Positions 1-7,975 of a DNA stretch of 17,583 nucleotides are shown one piece after another (position 1 is the first letter of the stretch; every line of letters starts with the position of its first letter). The DNA lies in IMG/VR virus record IMGVR_UViG_2609459845_000009; one strand, 5' to 3'. Made by a program: the position numbers and the translations under genes. Origin of the DNA: a virus. Lineage: Duplodnaviria > Heunggongvirae > Uroviricota > Caudoviricetes. The notes beneath the pieces were generated by a model, which was not told the origin of the DNA, made no database searches, and was given only the letters and a program-made list of their open reading frames with translations.

Positions 1-939
1 TACGAATCGGTTGGCTGCAGCGATGCTGATCGGTTTGTTTATGTCTTCTCCAGGGAAAAGAACATCATTGTACGTTGTCATGGCCTTTTCGAGAAAAGGC
101 TTAATTTGTTCGAAGATTGGACGGCGGATAACATTACCCATCTTGCTATGCTCTTTCGGTACGGTCCATACGTTGTCCAGCAGGTCAAATTCTGTCTTTG
201 TTGCCAGCCTAAGCTCTGAGAGCCTCGCCCCCCACAGCATAAGCATCTGATGAAGGAGCTTATTTGACGTAGACGCACGGCTTCTTTCAATAGCAAGCCA
301 AATCTTAGCCAGTTCGTGATACGACAGTACCCGATCCCCTACCTCAGCGCGGGAGCCGAAGTCCCTTGGTTGGATGCTCATAATTGCGCAACTATCTATC
401 AACTGACGCCGCATGCACCAACTTATTGCTGATCTTAGTTGACTTAGCACCTGCCTTGCTCGGCGTGGATTATCTCTTTCTTCTTCGGTAAGCAGGTCAA
501 CCCATTGCTTAACCGTGATAGAAGATGCCGGACGATTAGGAAAGGCGTCATGCATGCGCTTCATAACCGTTGATCGGTAAAGTGCCTGGGTCTTTTCTCT
601 GAGAGTTGTAGAGACGTAGTTGTCGAACCAGTAGTCGAGACACTGGGCGACCGTCATGGAGTTCTCCACCTTCTCTTCAAAATAGGTGCGTGGATCCGTT
701 CCTGAGAAATAGAGCTTTCGCAAGTCAGCAGTGATCTGTCTGGCATCCTTCAAAGACAGGGATGGGTATCGACCAAGCCCAAGTCGATTAGGCTTGCCAT
801 GCCAGCGATAGCGGTACTGGAACTGGATGACCCCCTTCGGTGAAATTCGTACGCTGAGGCCATCGGCATCAGCCACTTCTTGTGGGCCCGAATATGGTTT
901 ACCATAAATAGTACGCAGTTTTGTGTCGCTTATAGCCAT
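1..939 (-). CDS. int: Tyrosine integrase, P4-like family, partial (C-terminal catalytic part lies beyond window start)
   Basis: Minus-strand ATG at 939-937; own translation gives MAISDTKLRTIYGKPYSGPQEVADADGLSVRISPKGVIQFQYRYRWHGKPNRLGLGRYPSLSLKDAR..., the DG-GL / RYR-GK / LGxYP-SL-AR pattern of the arm-binding N-terminus of P4-type integrases. Frame stays open to position 1 where checked (939-781 and 60-1). Missing from the supplied ORF track because it runs off the edge. Confidence 0.8.
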   Translation of the reverse strand, partial: MAISDTKLRTIYGKPYSGPQEVADADGLSVRISPKGVIQFQYRYRWHGKPNRLGLGRYPSLSLKDARQITADLRKLYFSGTDPRTYFEEKVENSMTVAQCLDYWFDNYVSTTLREKTQALYRSTVMKRMHDAFPNRPASSITVKQWVDLLTEEERDNPRRARQVLSQLRSAISWCMRRQLIDSCAIMSIQPRDFGSRAEVGDRVLSYHELAKIWLAIERSRASTSNKLLHQMLMLWGARLSELRLATKTEFDLLDNVWTVPKEHSKMGNVIRRPIFEQIKPFLEKAMTTYNDVLFPGEDINKPISIAAANRFV

Positions 940-947
940 AAATAATA

Positions 948-1243
948 TTTGGTACGCTCAAAAATAATGGTTTGGTACACATCTGGTACACAATATCACA
1001 TGGACAACAGCGCACAGTAAACAACTATATTTGACGTTCGTAGACATACTCAGGTTAAAAAAGGGTTGTTTTTCGAGTTATAACAGACAGTTAATTAACT
1101 ACAGTGGACAATGCTAGACAATGACAGGCACAGATAAACAACCTACCTTCCTCTTTCACGATTACGCGCAATACCCCTGAGAACCGCCATGAACAAGGGT
1201 TTCATGATTTGTGATTTTAGTTTGGTACGCAATTTGGTACACA
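948..1243. repeat. Five direct copies of TTGGTAC(A/G)C in two clusters (950-992 and 1223-1243) in the region upstream of int
   Basis: Read directly: TTTGGTACGC 948-957, TTTGGTACAC 971-980, CTGGTACACA 983-992, TTTGGTACGC 1221-1230, TTTGGTACAC 1234-1243, all same orientation. Confidence 0.5.
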
Positions 1244-1252
1244 ACACTATTT

Positions 1253-1651
1253 TCACTTCAGCGGGTAGTCATCAAACTCACCAGTCCGCGCGTCATTGAT
1301 GATGTACGTCACCACCCCCTTCACTACGACTCGTTCCTCACAATCGTCGTCAGTTATCCATGTCTTTTTATCAGCGTGGTCCAGTTCTTCCAGGTGCACC
1401 TTTGGCAGCAGCCTGAGACGCAACAGCCGTATCTGGTCATTCAGATGACAAATCACCAGGCTTCCGTCTACCGGAGTCAGCGATGTGTCCATGACCAGCA
1501 GAGCCCCTCTCTTGATTCCTTCCCGCCATGATGTAGCAGCGTAACGGATGAAGAATGTCGCCGCTGGTTTTCGTATCAACTCCTTGTCGAGTGAGATCGC
1601 ATCCTCGTGGTAATCAGCAGCAGGGCTGGGAAACTGTGACATGGCAACCAT
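1253..1651 (-). CDS. UmuD'-like protein (LexA/UmuD S24 peptidase fold; pre-processed HumD-like form)
   Basis: 132-aa ORF; N-terminus MVAMSQFPSPAADY matches the FPSPAADY segment that follows the Cys24-Gly25 cleavage site of E. coli UmuD (recalled). Ser of the GDSM motif is retained (ATSW), but the catalytic Lys position appears to be Arg/Leu. GAGGTGA Shine-Dalgarno upstream. Confidence 0.7.
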   Translation of the reverse strand: MVAMSQFPSPAADYHEDAISLDKELIRKPAATFFIRYAATSWREGIKRGALLVMDTSLTPVDGSLVICHLNDQIRLLRLRLLPKVHLEELDHADKKTWITDDDCEERVVVKGVVTYIINDARTGEFDDYPLK

Positions 1652-1666
1652 AACTCACCTCATTGG

Positions 1667-1686
1667 CACTGTATGTACATACAGTA
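1667..1686. promoter_or_regulatory. LexA (SOS) box CTGT-N8-ACAG upstream of the UmuD'-like gene
   Basis: CACTGTATGTACATACAGTA, an 18-bp perfect palindrome with CTGTATGTACATACAG at 1669-1684, about 18 nt upstream of the start codon at 1651. Confidence 0.7.
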
Positions 1687-1697
1687 CCAATGCATGG

Positions 1698-1740
1698 ATT
1701 TTGATCGTTGCAACCGATCGATTTGAAGATTTTGATCGTT
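1698..1740. repeat. Two 13-bp direct repeats GATTTTGATCGTT (1698-1710, 1728-1740) carrying three GATC sites in the divergent promoter region
   Basis: Read directly; GATC at 1703-1706, 1716-1719, 1734-1737; repeat spacing 30 bp. Confidence 0.45.
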
Positions 1741-1830
1741 ATTTCCCATAACCAAATAGTGAGCAATTTTGGGACATTTATTATAAATTTAAATTGTCTT
1801 TAAATATAAATATCCAATCGGTAAATCATC

Positions 1831-3117
1831 GTGAAAAATAATTCCGCGCTGTTTGTTGGTTCTTTTTTTGAAAGTGACCAAAGCTCAAAAGTAAACCTGG
1901 CATTATCTTATGATGGAGAACGATTCGAAAAAATAAAGGCTCAATTCCTTTGGGCTATTGGTGGAACTGGAGAAGTTTTAGGGAGAGACCCATCAATTAT
2001 TTATCACAACGGTTGGTGGTTAATAGCCGTATCAGGATATACAGAAAACGTTTATGACGTCGATTGCTGGCGCTCACGTGATTTAACCGTGTGGGAACTG
2101 GTACGAATTAAGCTTGGCGATACGCCAGTCTGTGGGAAACGATTACCGGGTTCAGATCTGGTGACCACTGACGTGTGGGCTCCTGAATGGTTTGTTGATG
2201 ACGAAAATCTGTTCCTGATAGTCAGCCTGCGTTATTACAACGATCAGACTGACAGTAAAGGTGTAAATGTCAAAAGTTTTAAAACATTCTATTCTGTCTG
2301 TTCTGATGTTGAGAGACTGGAGTTTTACGATCCGGTTGCGGTAAATATCGAACCAAAAAACATGATTGATTCTGTTTTTTCCAGAATATTCCAGACGTAT
2401 TACCTGACAATAAAAGATGAAATCACCAAAAAAATTGAGGTGTATTGTTCAAATTGTTTCTCAGGACAGTTCACGAAATTATCAGTAATTCCGTTTACTC
2501 AGGCGGCGGAAGGCCCGGCGCTGGTTTATTTGCCGGACGGCACGATCAGAATCTATGCGGATTTTTTCGACACAAAAAAATGGACTTATTTTGTAGACAC
2601 GAAAGACTTCGTGACGTTCACGCCAGAGCGCCCCGTTTTGTTTGACGGCAGAATTAAGCGCGGGACTATTACAAATGTGCTGAACTGGCGCGATAGTGAA
2701 ACCGCATTGCAGCAACTGTCGGCGCTGTTCTGTGCAAACTCCGGGGATTTACAGCCAGGGAAAATCCACAAGCTCATTGATGTAGCGGGAACGAGCAATA
2801 TCAACGCTACTGATTTAATCTGGTGGCCTGAAACTGGACATTGTTATTTCACCGAGGGGTTATCCGGTAACGTGACAATCAATGCGCTGCCAACTGTTTA
2901 CCCGGACGGGAGTTCGTTTTATCTGATGGTCCGAAGCGCAACGCCGGGAGCTGGTGATCTGACGCTTAAACAGGCTGTCGGCGACCTGTACCACCCGGCT
3001 AATGGCATGGCGATATTTGATGCTGATTTGGTAGTGGCGGCTGGCGGGAACGCCGCATCACGTCTGTTTAGAATGGTGTGCTTTGATGGCCAGTTGTGGG
3101 TTGAGGGGGTTTTCTGA
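1831..3117 (+). CDS. Hypothetical 428-aa protein; N-terminal part resembles a GH43-type five-bladed beta-propeller glycoside hydrolase, C-terminal about 140 aa unassigned
   Basis: Long ORF in an AT-rich island; GTG start (first in-frame ATG is far inside). Motifs in GH43-like order: RDPSIIYHNGWWLIAVSGY, DVWAPEW, AEGPALVYLPDG. No signal peptide. Assignment is motif-level only. Confidence 0.5.
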   Translation: MKNNSALFVGSFFESDQSSKVNLALSYDGERFEKIKAQFLWAIGGTGEVLGRDPSIIYHNGWWLIAVSGYTENVYDVDCWRSRDLTVWELVRIKLGDTPVCGKRLPGSDLVTTDVWAPEWFVDDENLFLIVSLRYYNDQTDSKGVNVKSFKTFYSVCSDVERLEFYDPVAVNIEPKNMIDSVFSRIFQTYYLTIKDEITKKIEVYCSNCFSGQFTKLSVIPFTQAAEGPALVYLPDGTIRIYADFFDTKKWTYFVDTKDFVTFTPERPVLFDGRIKRGTITNVLNWRDSETALQQLSALFCANSGDLQPGKIHKLIDVAGTSNINATDLIWWPETGHCYFTEGLSGNVTINALPTVYPDGSSFYLMVRSATPGAGDLTLKQAVGDLYHPANGMAIFDADLVVAAGGNAASRLFRMVCFDGQLWVEGVF

Positions 3118-3151
3118 TATAATTGTGGCTCAATGAAAATTGGGCCACATA

Positions 3152-4213
3152 ATGAACAATAAAATATTTTCCGTCCAGTATCTTCGTGGAATAGCAGCGC
3201 TACTTGTGGTGCTGTACCATTTTTCTTTTTTTACTCCGCGCTGGTTTGCTAATTTATTTGCAAATGGCATGGTGGGCGTTGATATTTTTTTCATTATCTC
3301 TGGATTTATTATTTATTGGTCAACAATAAATCCTGAGGAATGCAGACCAACGGTATTTATTGTTAAACGATTCGCCAGAATATACCCGCTATTTTTTGTT
3401 GTGTTACTGGTTTCGTTGTTATTGCAACCTGCGCCTGCCACACAATTATCCAGGGGTTTTCTGGTTCTGCACAACGATTACACACTACCCGCTCCGGCGT
3501 TTGGATTTAATCTGCTACCGCCCGCGTGGACATTGACTTATGAAATATCGTTCTACGCTATTTTCTGTATGTGCGCTGCAATAACGACCCGGTATCGAGG
3601 TTCATTGTGTATCGCGCTGCTGATTGCAATCCCGGCAGTGCTACAGGTTGCGTTTAATGGAGGGTTGTCGTTTAACAGCACAGTCACCGCTATCCCTCCT
3701 GCTGACTCGCCGTTTTATGGTCTAATCAGGCTGGCAGGCTCAACGATGTTTTATGAGTTTGCGTTTGGGATTATGTCTGGAATGATATTTGAAAGGTTTA
3801 AATTAATTCTTCCTAACTTAACTGCTATTACTATAGCAATATTCGCATCGGCTTTATTTTTCTATTTTTTCTTCACATTCTCAGACCATACCAGCGGTAT
3901 AGAAGGAATGTTCTTTTTTGCTGCAATATTTTTTGTGGGCGTTTTGATGCTGGATAAATCAAAGGCGGGAGAGATAAAAGCATTATCAATTCTTGGCGAC
4001 CTGACATATAGCATTTATCTCTGTCATTGGCTGGTAATGCAGATGGTACAGAAATTTATTCCGATTGGGGAGTATAAGCACTGGGGCGTCCTTGTCCCCT
4101 GCATGCTTGTTGCTTCTCTGATGATGGCATTCGCAGCTAACCGGATAATTGAAAAACCGTTTATCCGTCTGGCCCGTTCGGCGCTGAAACGCCAGGAGAT
4201 TACGACGCGGTAG
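3152..4213 (+). CDS. Acyltransferase family 3 integral membrane protein (OafA/Oac-like O-acetyltransferase)
   Basis: N-terminus MNNKIFSVQYLRGIAALLVVLYHF is the acyltransferase-3 signature; many hydrophobic segments; 34 nt downstream of the 428-aa gene, same strand. ATG 3152 preferred over the track's TTG at 3140. Confidence 0.8.
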   Translation: MNNKIFSVQYLRGIAALLVVLYHFSFFTPRWFANLFANGMVGVDIFFIISGFIIYWSTINPEECRPTVFIVKRFARIYPLFFVVLLVSLLLQPAPATQLSRGFLVLHNDYTLPAPAFGFNLLPPAWTLTYEISFYAIFCMCAAITTRYRGSLCIALLIAIPAVLQVAFNGGLSFNSTVTAIPPADSPFYGLIRLAGSTMFYEFAFGIMSGMIFERFKLILPNLTAITIAIFASALFFYFFFTFSDHTSGIEGMFFFAAIFFVGVLMLDKSKAGEIKALSILGDLTYSIYLCHWLVMQMVQKFIPIGEYKHWGVLVPCMLVASLMMAFAANRIIEKPFIRLARSALKRQEITTR

Positions 4214-4664
4214 CAGGACGTGGCGGCCATTCAAGGCTGTCACTTAATATCGCTGCTTCATCATTAAACTTCATTTTCTTCAAGGCATCGATATGAGCAA
4301 GCCACTCTTTAAAGGTCGCCTTCTCTTCATCGGTGATGATCTCCAGAATGAGCTTAGAAGGCCAGTGTTCGCTGCTTATATATGCGTTAGCCGCAGAGAT
4401 TAACGCATCTCTCTTTGACTCGGCCTGTGCCAGTTTAAGCGCGAACAGTTCTTCTTTAGTTGGCTCGGGAATTTTTTCCCACGCAGGCATGCCGTCTGGC
4501 CCTGCAACCCTTCGCATGCCGTCTTTAACTGTTGGGTAAAATTCGGCGAAAACACCCATATCAACCGGCACAGCATCACTGTATTCGTCCGTCTTTAACA
4601 GAGAGCTTTCCTTGAAAACAAAAGCGTTGCTTTTGGCACTATATAAAAAATCTGAATCAGACAT
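4200..4664 (-). CDS. tfa: Tail fibre assembly protein (Tfa family)
   Basis: 154 aa; position directly downstream of a tail-fibre C-terminal fragment with TAATG stop/start overlap; C-terminal region (DEEKATFKEWLAHIDALKKM...DSLEWPPRP) resembles Tfa chaperones from memory. Confidence 0.7.
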   Translation of the reverse strand: MSDSDFLYSAKSNAFVFKESSLLKTDEYSDAVPVDMGVFAEFYPTVKDGMRRVAGPDGMPAWEKIPEPTKEELFALKLAQAESKRDALISAANAYISSEHWPSKLILEIITDEEKATFKEWLAHIDALKKMKFNDEAAILSDSLEWPPRPATAS

Positions 4665-5099
4665 TACGCTCTCCCGATAGCAATCCAGTTAAAAACTGTT
4701 GGCTGCGCAGTAAAGTTGTGGTCGGACGAACTCCAGGTTGCAGAACGAACATTAAAGCTCCCTGCGTTAACCTTTTCGGCACCATACACGGTTAAGAGTT
4801 GATAGATACCGCCGGAGGCTGTCCATCCAGAGACATGGCCTTCTACTGCAAATACCTGGTATGAGCTCATCGCCACACCCATATTCACATTATAAAATCC
4901 GTTACTGTCCGTTGTACCTACATCCATCTGGATGATCATATTGCCAGGAAGGCGAATAACCACACCAGACCCGGTTGTTGTATAGGTAAAGGATGACATA
5001 TCCGGAACTTGCCCGGTAGCCGGTATAAATCACACACTCTCCGACATACACATCATCCGGATGGGCAAACAGCTCTTGTTTGTCTGTGAGCTCTGCCAT
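4664..5099 (-). pseudogene. stf: Side tail fibre C-terminal remnant, truncated at 5' end and split by a frameshift (65-aa + 111-aa ORFs)
   Basis: Two overlapping minus-strand ORFs in different frames (5099-4902 and 4999-4664), ending at the tfa start; no upstream tail-fibre body or any other structural genes. Confidence 0.5.
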
Positions 5100-5456
5100 T
5101 GTTGGCTCCGTTTATCCGTTAAAAGGGATATCAGTTAAGTTATCCCGTGCAGGGTATAAGCCATTGTCGAGACCACTCATTGAATGGCCTCTGCAATAAC
5201 CGATGTCTTTCCATCAGTCCGCCACAACAAAGAATCTTTTTTGCCATAAGGCAGGAGGTTCATCTTTCAGTGGCTGCCAGTGTTATTTCCCCACTTACTG
5301 GCTTGGGTTGTTTTGTGGTACTGCCGTAACTGGTTGCCAAGAATAAATTCCGGTTTCATTATCAAGCCCACCCGTAGATGGGCTTTGTAATGGATAGCCG
5401 TTGCTCAGTTCTCGTAATGCTTTGATTTTTCCGATAACGCAGTTTTGCGTTTGCCA

Positions 5457-5978
5457 TCAGCACGCGATATCGAGAGTCAACTGCAGTTGCTCGCGCCAGT
5501 ACTCAACATTTGCTTCAATAACCGGCTTATCCCATCGCCAGCGAGCCATCTCTCTTGCCCCATTGCTGGCTTTTGATTTCCGGTCATCGCGAATGCGACA
5601 TGCTTGCTCATATTTCTGCTGCTCAGTCAGTTCACCGCGAAGCAGACTATCAATGTGCAGGTCGCACCACACAGCAAAACGAGCATCACACCAACGGGCA
5701 AATGCAACTGAAAGTTTTGGATGTAGCCACGTACCACCACCCCTGTCCTTTCGTGCCTTGCTGGTTTTTACATACCTCGATTGTGAGGGATGTAAAATTT
5801 GAGATTCTTTCCCGGTCAACGCTTCGTCTAAAGCACGAACGTATTCAAGCGTTTCTGCCAAACGCATCCAGTTATCAATGCGTTTTCCAAATCTCTCAGC
5901 AACACCTGTGACGTTGATCCAACCATCAGTGTTGAAACTGACAATTTCACCTTTGTAATTAAGTGGCACGATATTCAT
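5457..5978 (-). CDS. KilA-N domain protein
   Basis: 173 aa; DGWINVTGVAERFGKRIDNWMRL and GTWLHPKLSVAFARWCDARFAVWCD match the KilA-N (APSES-like) domain pattern. Confidence 0.6.
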   Translation of the reverse strand: MNIVPLNYKGEIVSFNTDGWINVTGVAERFGKRIDNWMRLAETLEYVRALDEALTGKESQILHPSQSRYVKTSKARKDRGGGTWLHPKLSVAFARWCDARFAVWCDLHIDSLLRGELTEQQKYEQACRIRDDRKSKASNGAREMARWRWDKPVIEANVEYWREQLQLTLDIAC

Positions 5979-6091
5979 AACGTTTACCTACCATTTGAAA
6001 TGAACCTTTGCCGCATAGGAAACCAGCCCACCGAGGCTCGCCAGCACTAACTGGTATCCTCAAAGGCCCATTCCAAAGGGGCAGGTTCGGT

Positions 6092-6147
6092 GTAAAAAAC
6101 ATGCGTTGCGGTACGCATTTATTGCAAAAAGCCCCGCATCGCGAGGC
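6092..6147 (-). terminator. Two tandem putative intrinsic terminators downstream of Rz
   Basis: On the minus-strand RNA: hairpin GCCUCGC-GAU-GCGGGGC (6131-6147, one mismatch) followed by UUUUU; then hairpin AUGCGU-ACCGCA-ACGCAU (6101-6118) followed by GUUUUUU. Confidence 0.5.
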
Positions 6148-6179
6148 TCATTAAATTGACTTTGTGATTTGCAAAAAAA

Positions 6180-6638
6180 TTATTTCAGGCATTGCGTCCT
6201 GATGTATTCCTGCAGGTAGTTAACCTGCGCGGTTATCTTGTCGATTCCACTTCGGAGACGGTAATAATTGAGTTCAGCATCTGCTGTAAGTCTTGGGCTT
6301 TCTCCATCGCCCATGCTGCTGGCTCCGGTCGTTGACTTTGCACAGGTGGCGGCGACTTGCAGGCGCTTACGACCAGCAGAAACATCAGCACGGAGACTTT
6401 CGATAGTCGCGTTAGCATCAGCAAGCTCCTTTGTATATCTGGCATCGAGTTCTGCTACATCACGTTGACGCTTCCGCATGTCAGCGATGGTGGCGTTCGC
6501 CTTCTCCAGTTCACTGGCCTTGTTATCGCGCTGCTCTTTGTAGGCGATTGCGTTATCACGGTAATGATTGACCGCCCACGACAGGCAGACGATGATGCAG
6601 ATAACCAGAGCGGAGATAATCGCGGTTAACCGACTCAT
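6180..6638 (-). CDS. Rz: Spanin inner-membrane subunit Rz (lambda Rz-like)
   Basis: [34 protein letters not shown]... closely resembles lambda Rz; internal ATG at 6638 chosen over the ORF-track start at 6767. Confidence 0.9.
   Translation of the reverse strand: MSRLTAIISALVICIIVCLSWAVNHYRDNAIAYKEQRDNKASELEKANATIADMRKRQRDVAELDARYTKELADANATIESLRADVSAGRKRLQVAATCAKSTTGASSMGDGESPRLTADAELNYYRLRSGIDKITAQVNYLQEYIRTQCLK
6233..6418 (-). CDS. Rz1: Spanin outer-membrane lipoprotein subunit Rz1, embedded in Rz in the +1 frame
   Basis: Embedded ORF with lipobox LLVVSAC followed by a proline-rich stretch [12 protein letters not shown]; start at 6418 or 6385 is uncertain. Confidence 0.7.
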   Translation of the reverse strand: MLTRLSKVSVLMFLLVVSACKSPPPVQSQRPEPAAWAMEKAQDLQQMLNSIITVSEVESTR

Positions 6639-6726
6639 GACATCAACACCCCAACGGCCAGAAACCACGGCCACGCATCGTTGCCATTCAATGCGAGCAA
6701 CGCTGCCATGAAAAAGCAAATCATGC

Positions 6727-7230
6727 TCATTGTTGCCCCCACAAACAGACTTCACGCTCAATCTCACGACGGGTCATCAGCCCTTTCCATTGCTTACCGC
6801 CAGCGTATGTCCAGCGCCGTAGCTGATCACATGCGCCCTTGATATCGCCCTGGTTTATTTTGCGAAGAAGCGTCGATGTTCTGAAATTGCCTGTGCCCAC
6901 GTTATAGACGAACGAGTAAAGAGCGCCGCGCGTTGTTTCCGGTATATCGACTTTGATGTACGGGTTAATTTGTCTGGCGACCGTGGCAAGGTCTTTATTC
7001 AGGAGGGCTTTGCATTCTGCTTCGGTATACGTTTTACCGAGCATGATGTCTTTTCCGGTGTGTCCGTGGCATACAGTCCATACACCAACAATATCTTTGT
7101 ATGGTATGTAGCTGACACCTTCCAGACCATCGTTACCACTCGGTCCAGTGATTAACACAGATGCTATAGCAATAGCCCCGCCACTTATCGCCGCTATTAC
7201 GCTATTTCGTAGTGCCGGTGACATTGCCAT
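6727..7230 (-). CDS. R: SAR endolysin (phage lysozyme, T4-lysozyme/GH24 type; P21 R / RrrD-like)
   Basis: N-terminal Gly/Ala-rich weakly hydrophobic segment [16 protein letters not shown] (signal-anchor-release type) followed by [25 protein letters not shown] catalytic region. Confidence 0.9.
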   Translation of the reverse strand: MAMSPALRNSVIAAISGGAIAIASVLITGPSGNDGLEGVSYIPYKDIVGVWTVCHGHTGKDIMLGKTYTEAECKALLNKDLATVARQINPYIKVDIPETTRGALYSFVYNVGTGNFRTSTLLRKINQGDIKGACDQLRRWTYAGGKQWKGLMTRREIEREVCLWGQQ

Positions 7231-7462
7231 TCAATCTGTCCTCGCGCTCTTTGCGCTTGTAGTACCAGTTGATGCCAAATGTGCCGACAGTACAAAGAAT
7301 ACCAATGATGACAGCCCAGTCATTCAGGGAGAGAATGCCACCCATCGCAGTCAGTCCTCCGAAGCTGTAACTGAACCATTCTCTGATTTTGTCCATAGCG
7401 CACGTTAATACCCGCTCGACGCTTTCTTTCAGGTATTGAAGGGATTGAGATGGGCTAAGCAT
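7202..7462 (-). CDS. S: Holin (probably pinholin partner of the SAR endolysin)
   Basis: 86-aa ORF with hydrophobic segments and a charged C-terminus ([10 protein letters not shown]); strong AGGAGG Shine-Dalgarno 6 nt before ATG 7462; overlaps the lysozyme start. Internal start at Met23 (7396) is possible. Confidence 0.7.
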   Translation of the reverse strand: MLSPSQSLQYLKESVERVLTCAMDKIREWFSYSFGGLTAMGGILSLNDWAVIIGILCTVGTFGINWYYKRKEREDRLNGNVTGTTK

Positions 7463-7796
7463 TATTGGCCTCCTGCATCAGGAGAAAGACAATCATGGCG
7501 GCGCGGAGAGGTCTGGTATCAAATATTGGGCTTACGCCTTTTGCATCCACACACCATTCAGTTAACTGGTCTAAGATAGAAATCCTGTATTTCTCAATAA
7601 TCGGCCATGAAGCGCTCGGATCATTGCAGTAGTCAGGCAAATGATTTAATGGCTCAAAAGTTGTATAAGCATTTCCGTAATACCATTTGTTGGTGTTATT
7701 CCCTGATGTTTCCGGTTTACTTGCCCAAAGGCCTTTAAAAATTATGTCTCCTACCATTCTGTTAATTTCAAAATCACTTAACTGTGAATAATCCAT
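7455..7796 (-). CDS. Hypothetical protein immediately upstream of and overlapping the holin gene
   Basis: ORF with GAGG Shine-Dalgarno 8 nt before ATG 7796 (track start 7838 is GTG and would overlap ninE); no recognisable Q-antiterminator features. Confidence 0.45.
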   Translation of the reverse strand: MDYSQLSDFEINRMVGDIIFKGLWASKPETSGNNTNKWYYGNAYTTFEPLNHLPDYCNDPSASWPIIEKYRISILDQLTEWCVDAKGVSPIFDTRPLRAAMIVFLLMQEANNA

Positions 7797-7822
7797 TGTC
7801 ATTTCCTCGCACGATATCTTAG

Positions 7823-7975
7823 CTACCGGATATCCCACAGGTGAGCTGTGTAATTGAAGATTTTTACGTCAGATTCTTTTGGGATTGGCTTGCGTTTATT
7901 TCTGGAGCGTTTCGTTGGAAGGTATTTGCAGTTTTCGCAGATGATGTCGGTGAAACTTCGTCGCTGTCGCCTCAT
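7823..7975 (-). CDS. ninE: NinE
   Basis: [50 protein letters not shown] resembles lambda NinE; ATGA overlap with the upstream Dam reading frame. Confidence 0.75.
   Translation of the reverse strand: MRRQRRSFTDIICENCKYLPTKRSRNKRKPIPKESDVKIFNYTAHLWDIR

Noticed and set aside
1211-1531. 106-aa plus-strand ORF
   Set aside because: Lies antisense within the UmuD'-like gene, which has clear homology and an SOS box; no independent support.
2445-2804. Three short ORFs (66-77 aa) inside the 428-aa gene
   Set aside because: Alternative-frame or antisense ORFs embedded in a longer, more plausible gene.
5121-5146. Inverted repeat GGGATA-N10-TATCCC upstream of the tail-fibre remnant
   Set aside because: Short 6-bp stem with a large loop; too weak to call a regulatory site or terminator.
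5401-5911. Plus-strand ORFs of 133 and 118 aa
   Set aside because: Antisense to the KilA-N gene, which has recognisable domain motifs.
6180-6767. Long 195-aa version of Rz starting at 6767
   Set aside because: The N-terminal 43 residues overlap the endolysin gene; the lambda-like Rz sequence begins at the internal ATG 6638.
7796-7838. GTG start at 7838 for the ORF upstream of the holin
   Set aside because: Would overlap ninE by 16 nt and has no Shine-Dalgarno; ATG 7796 has GAGG 8 nt upstream.
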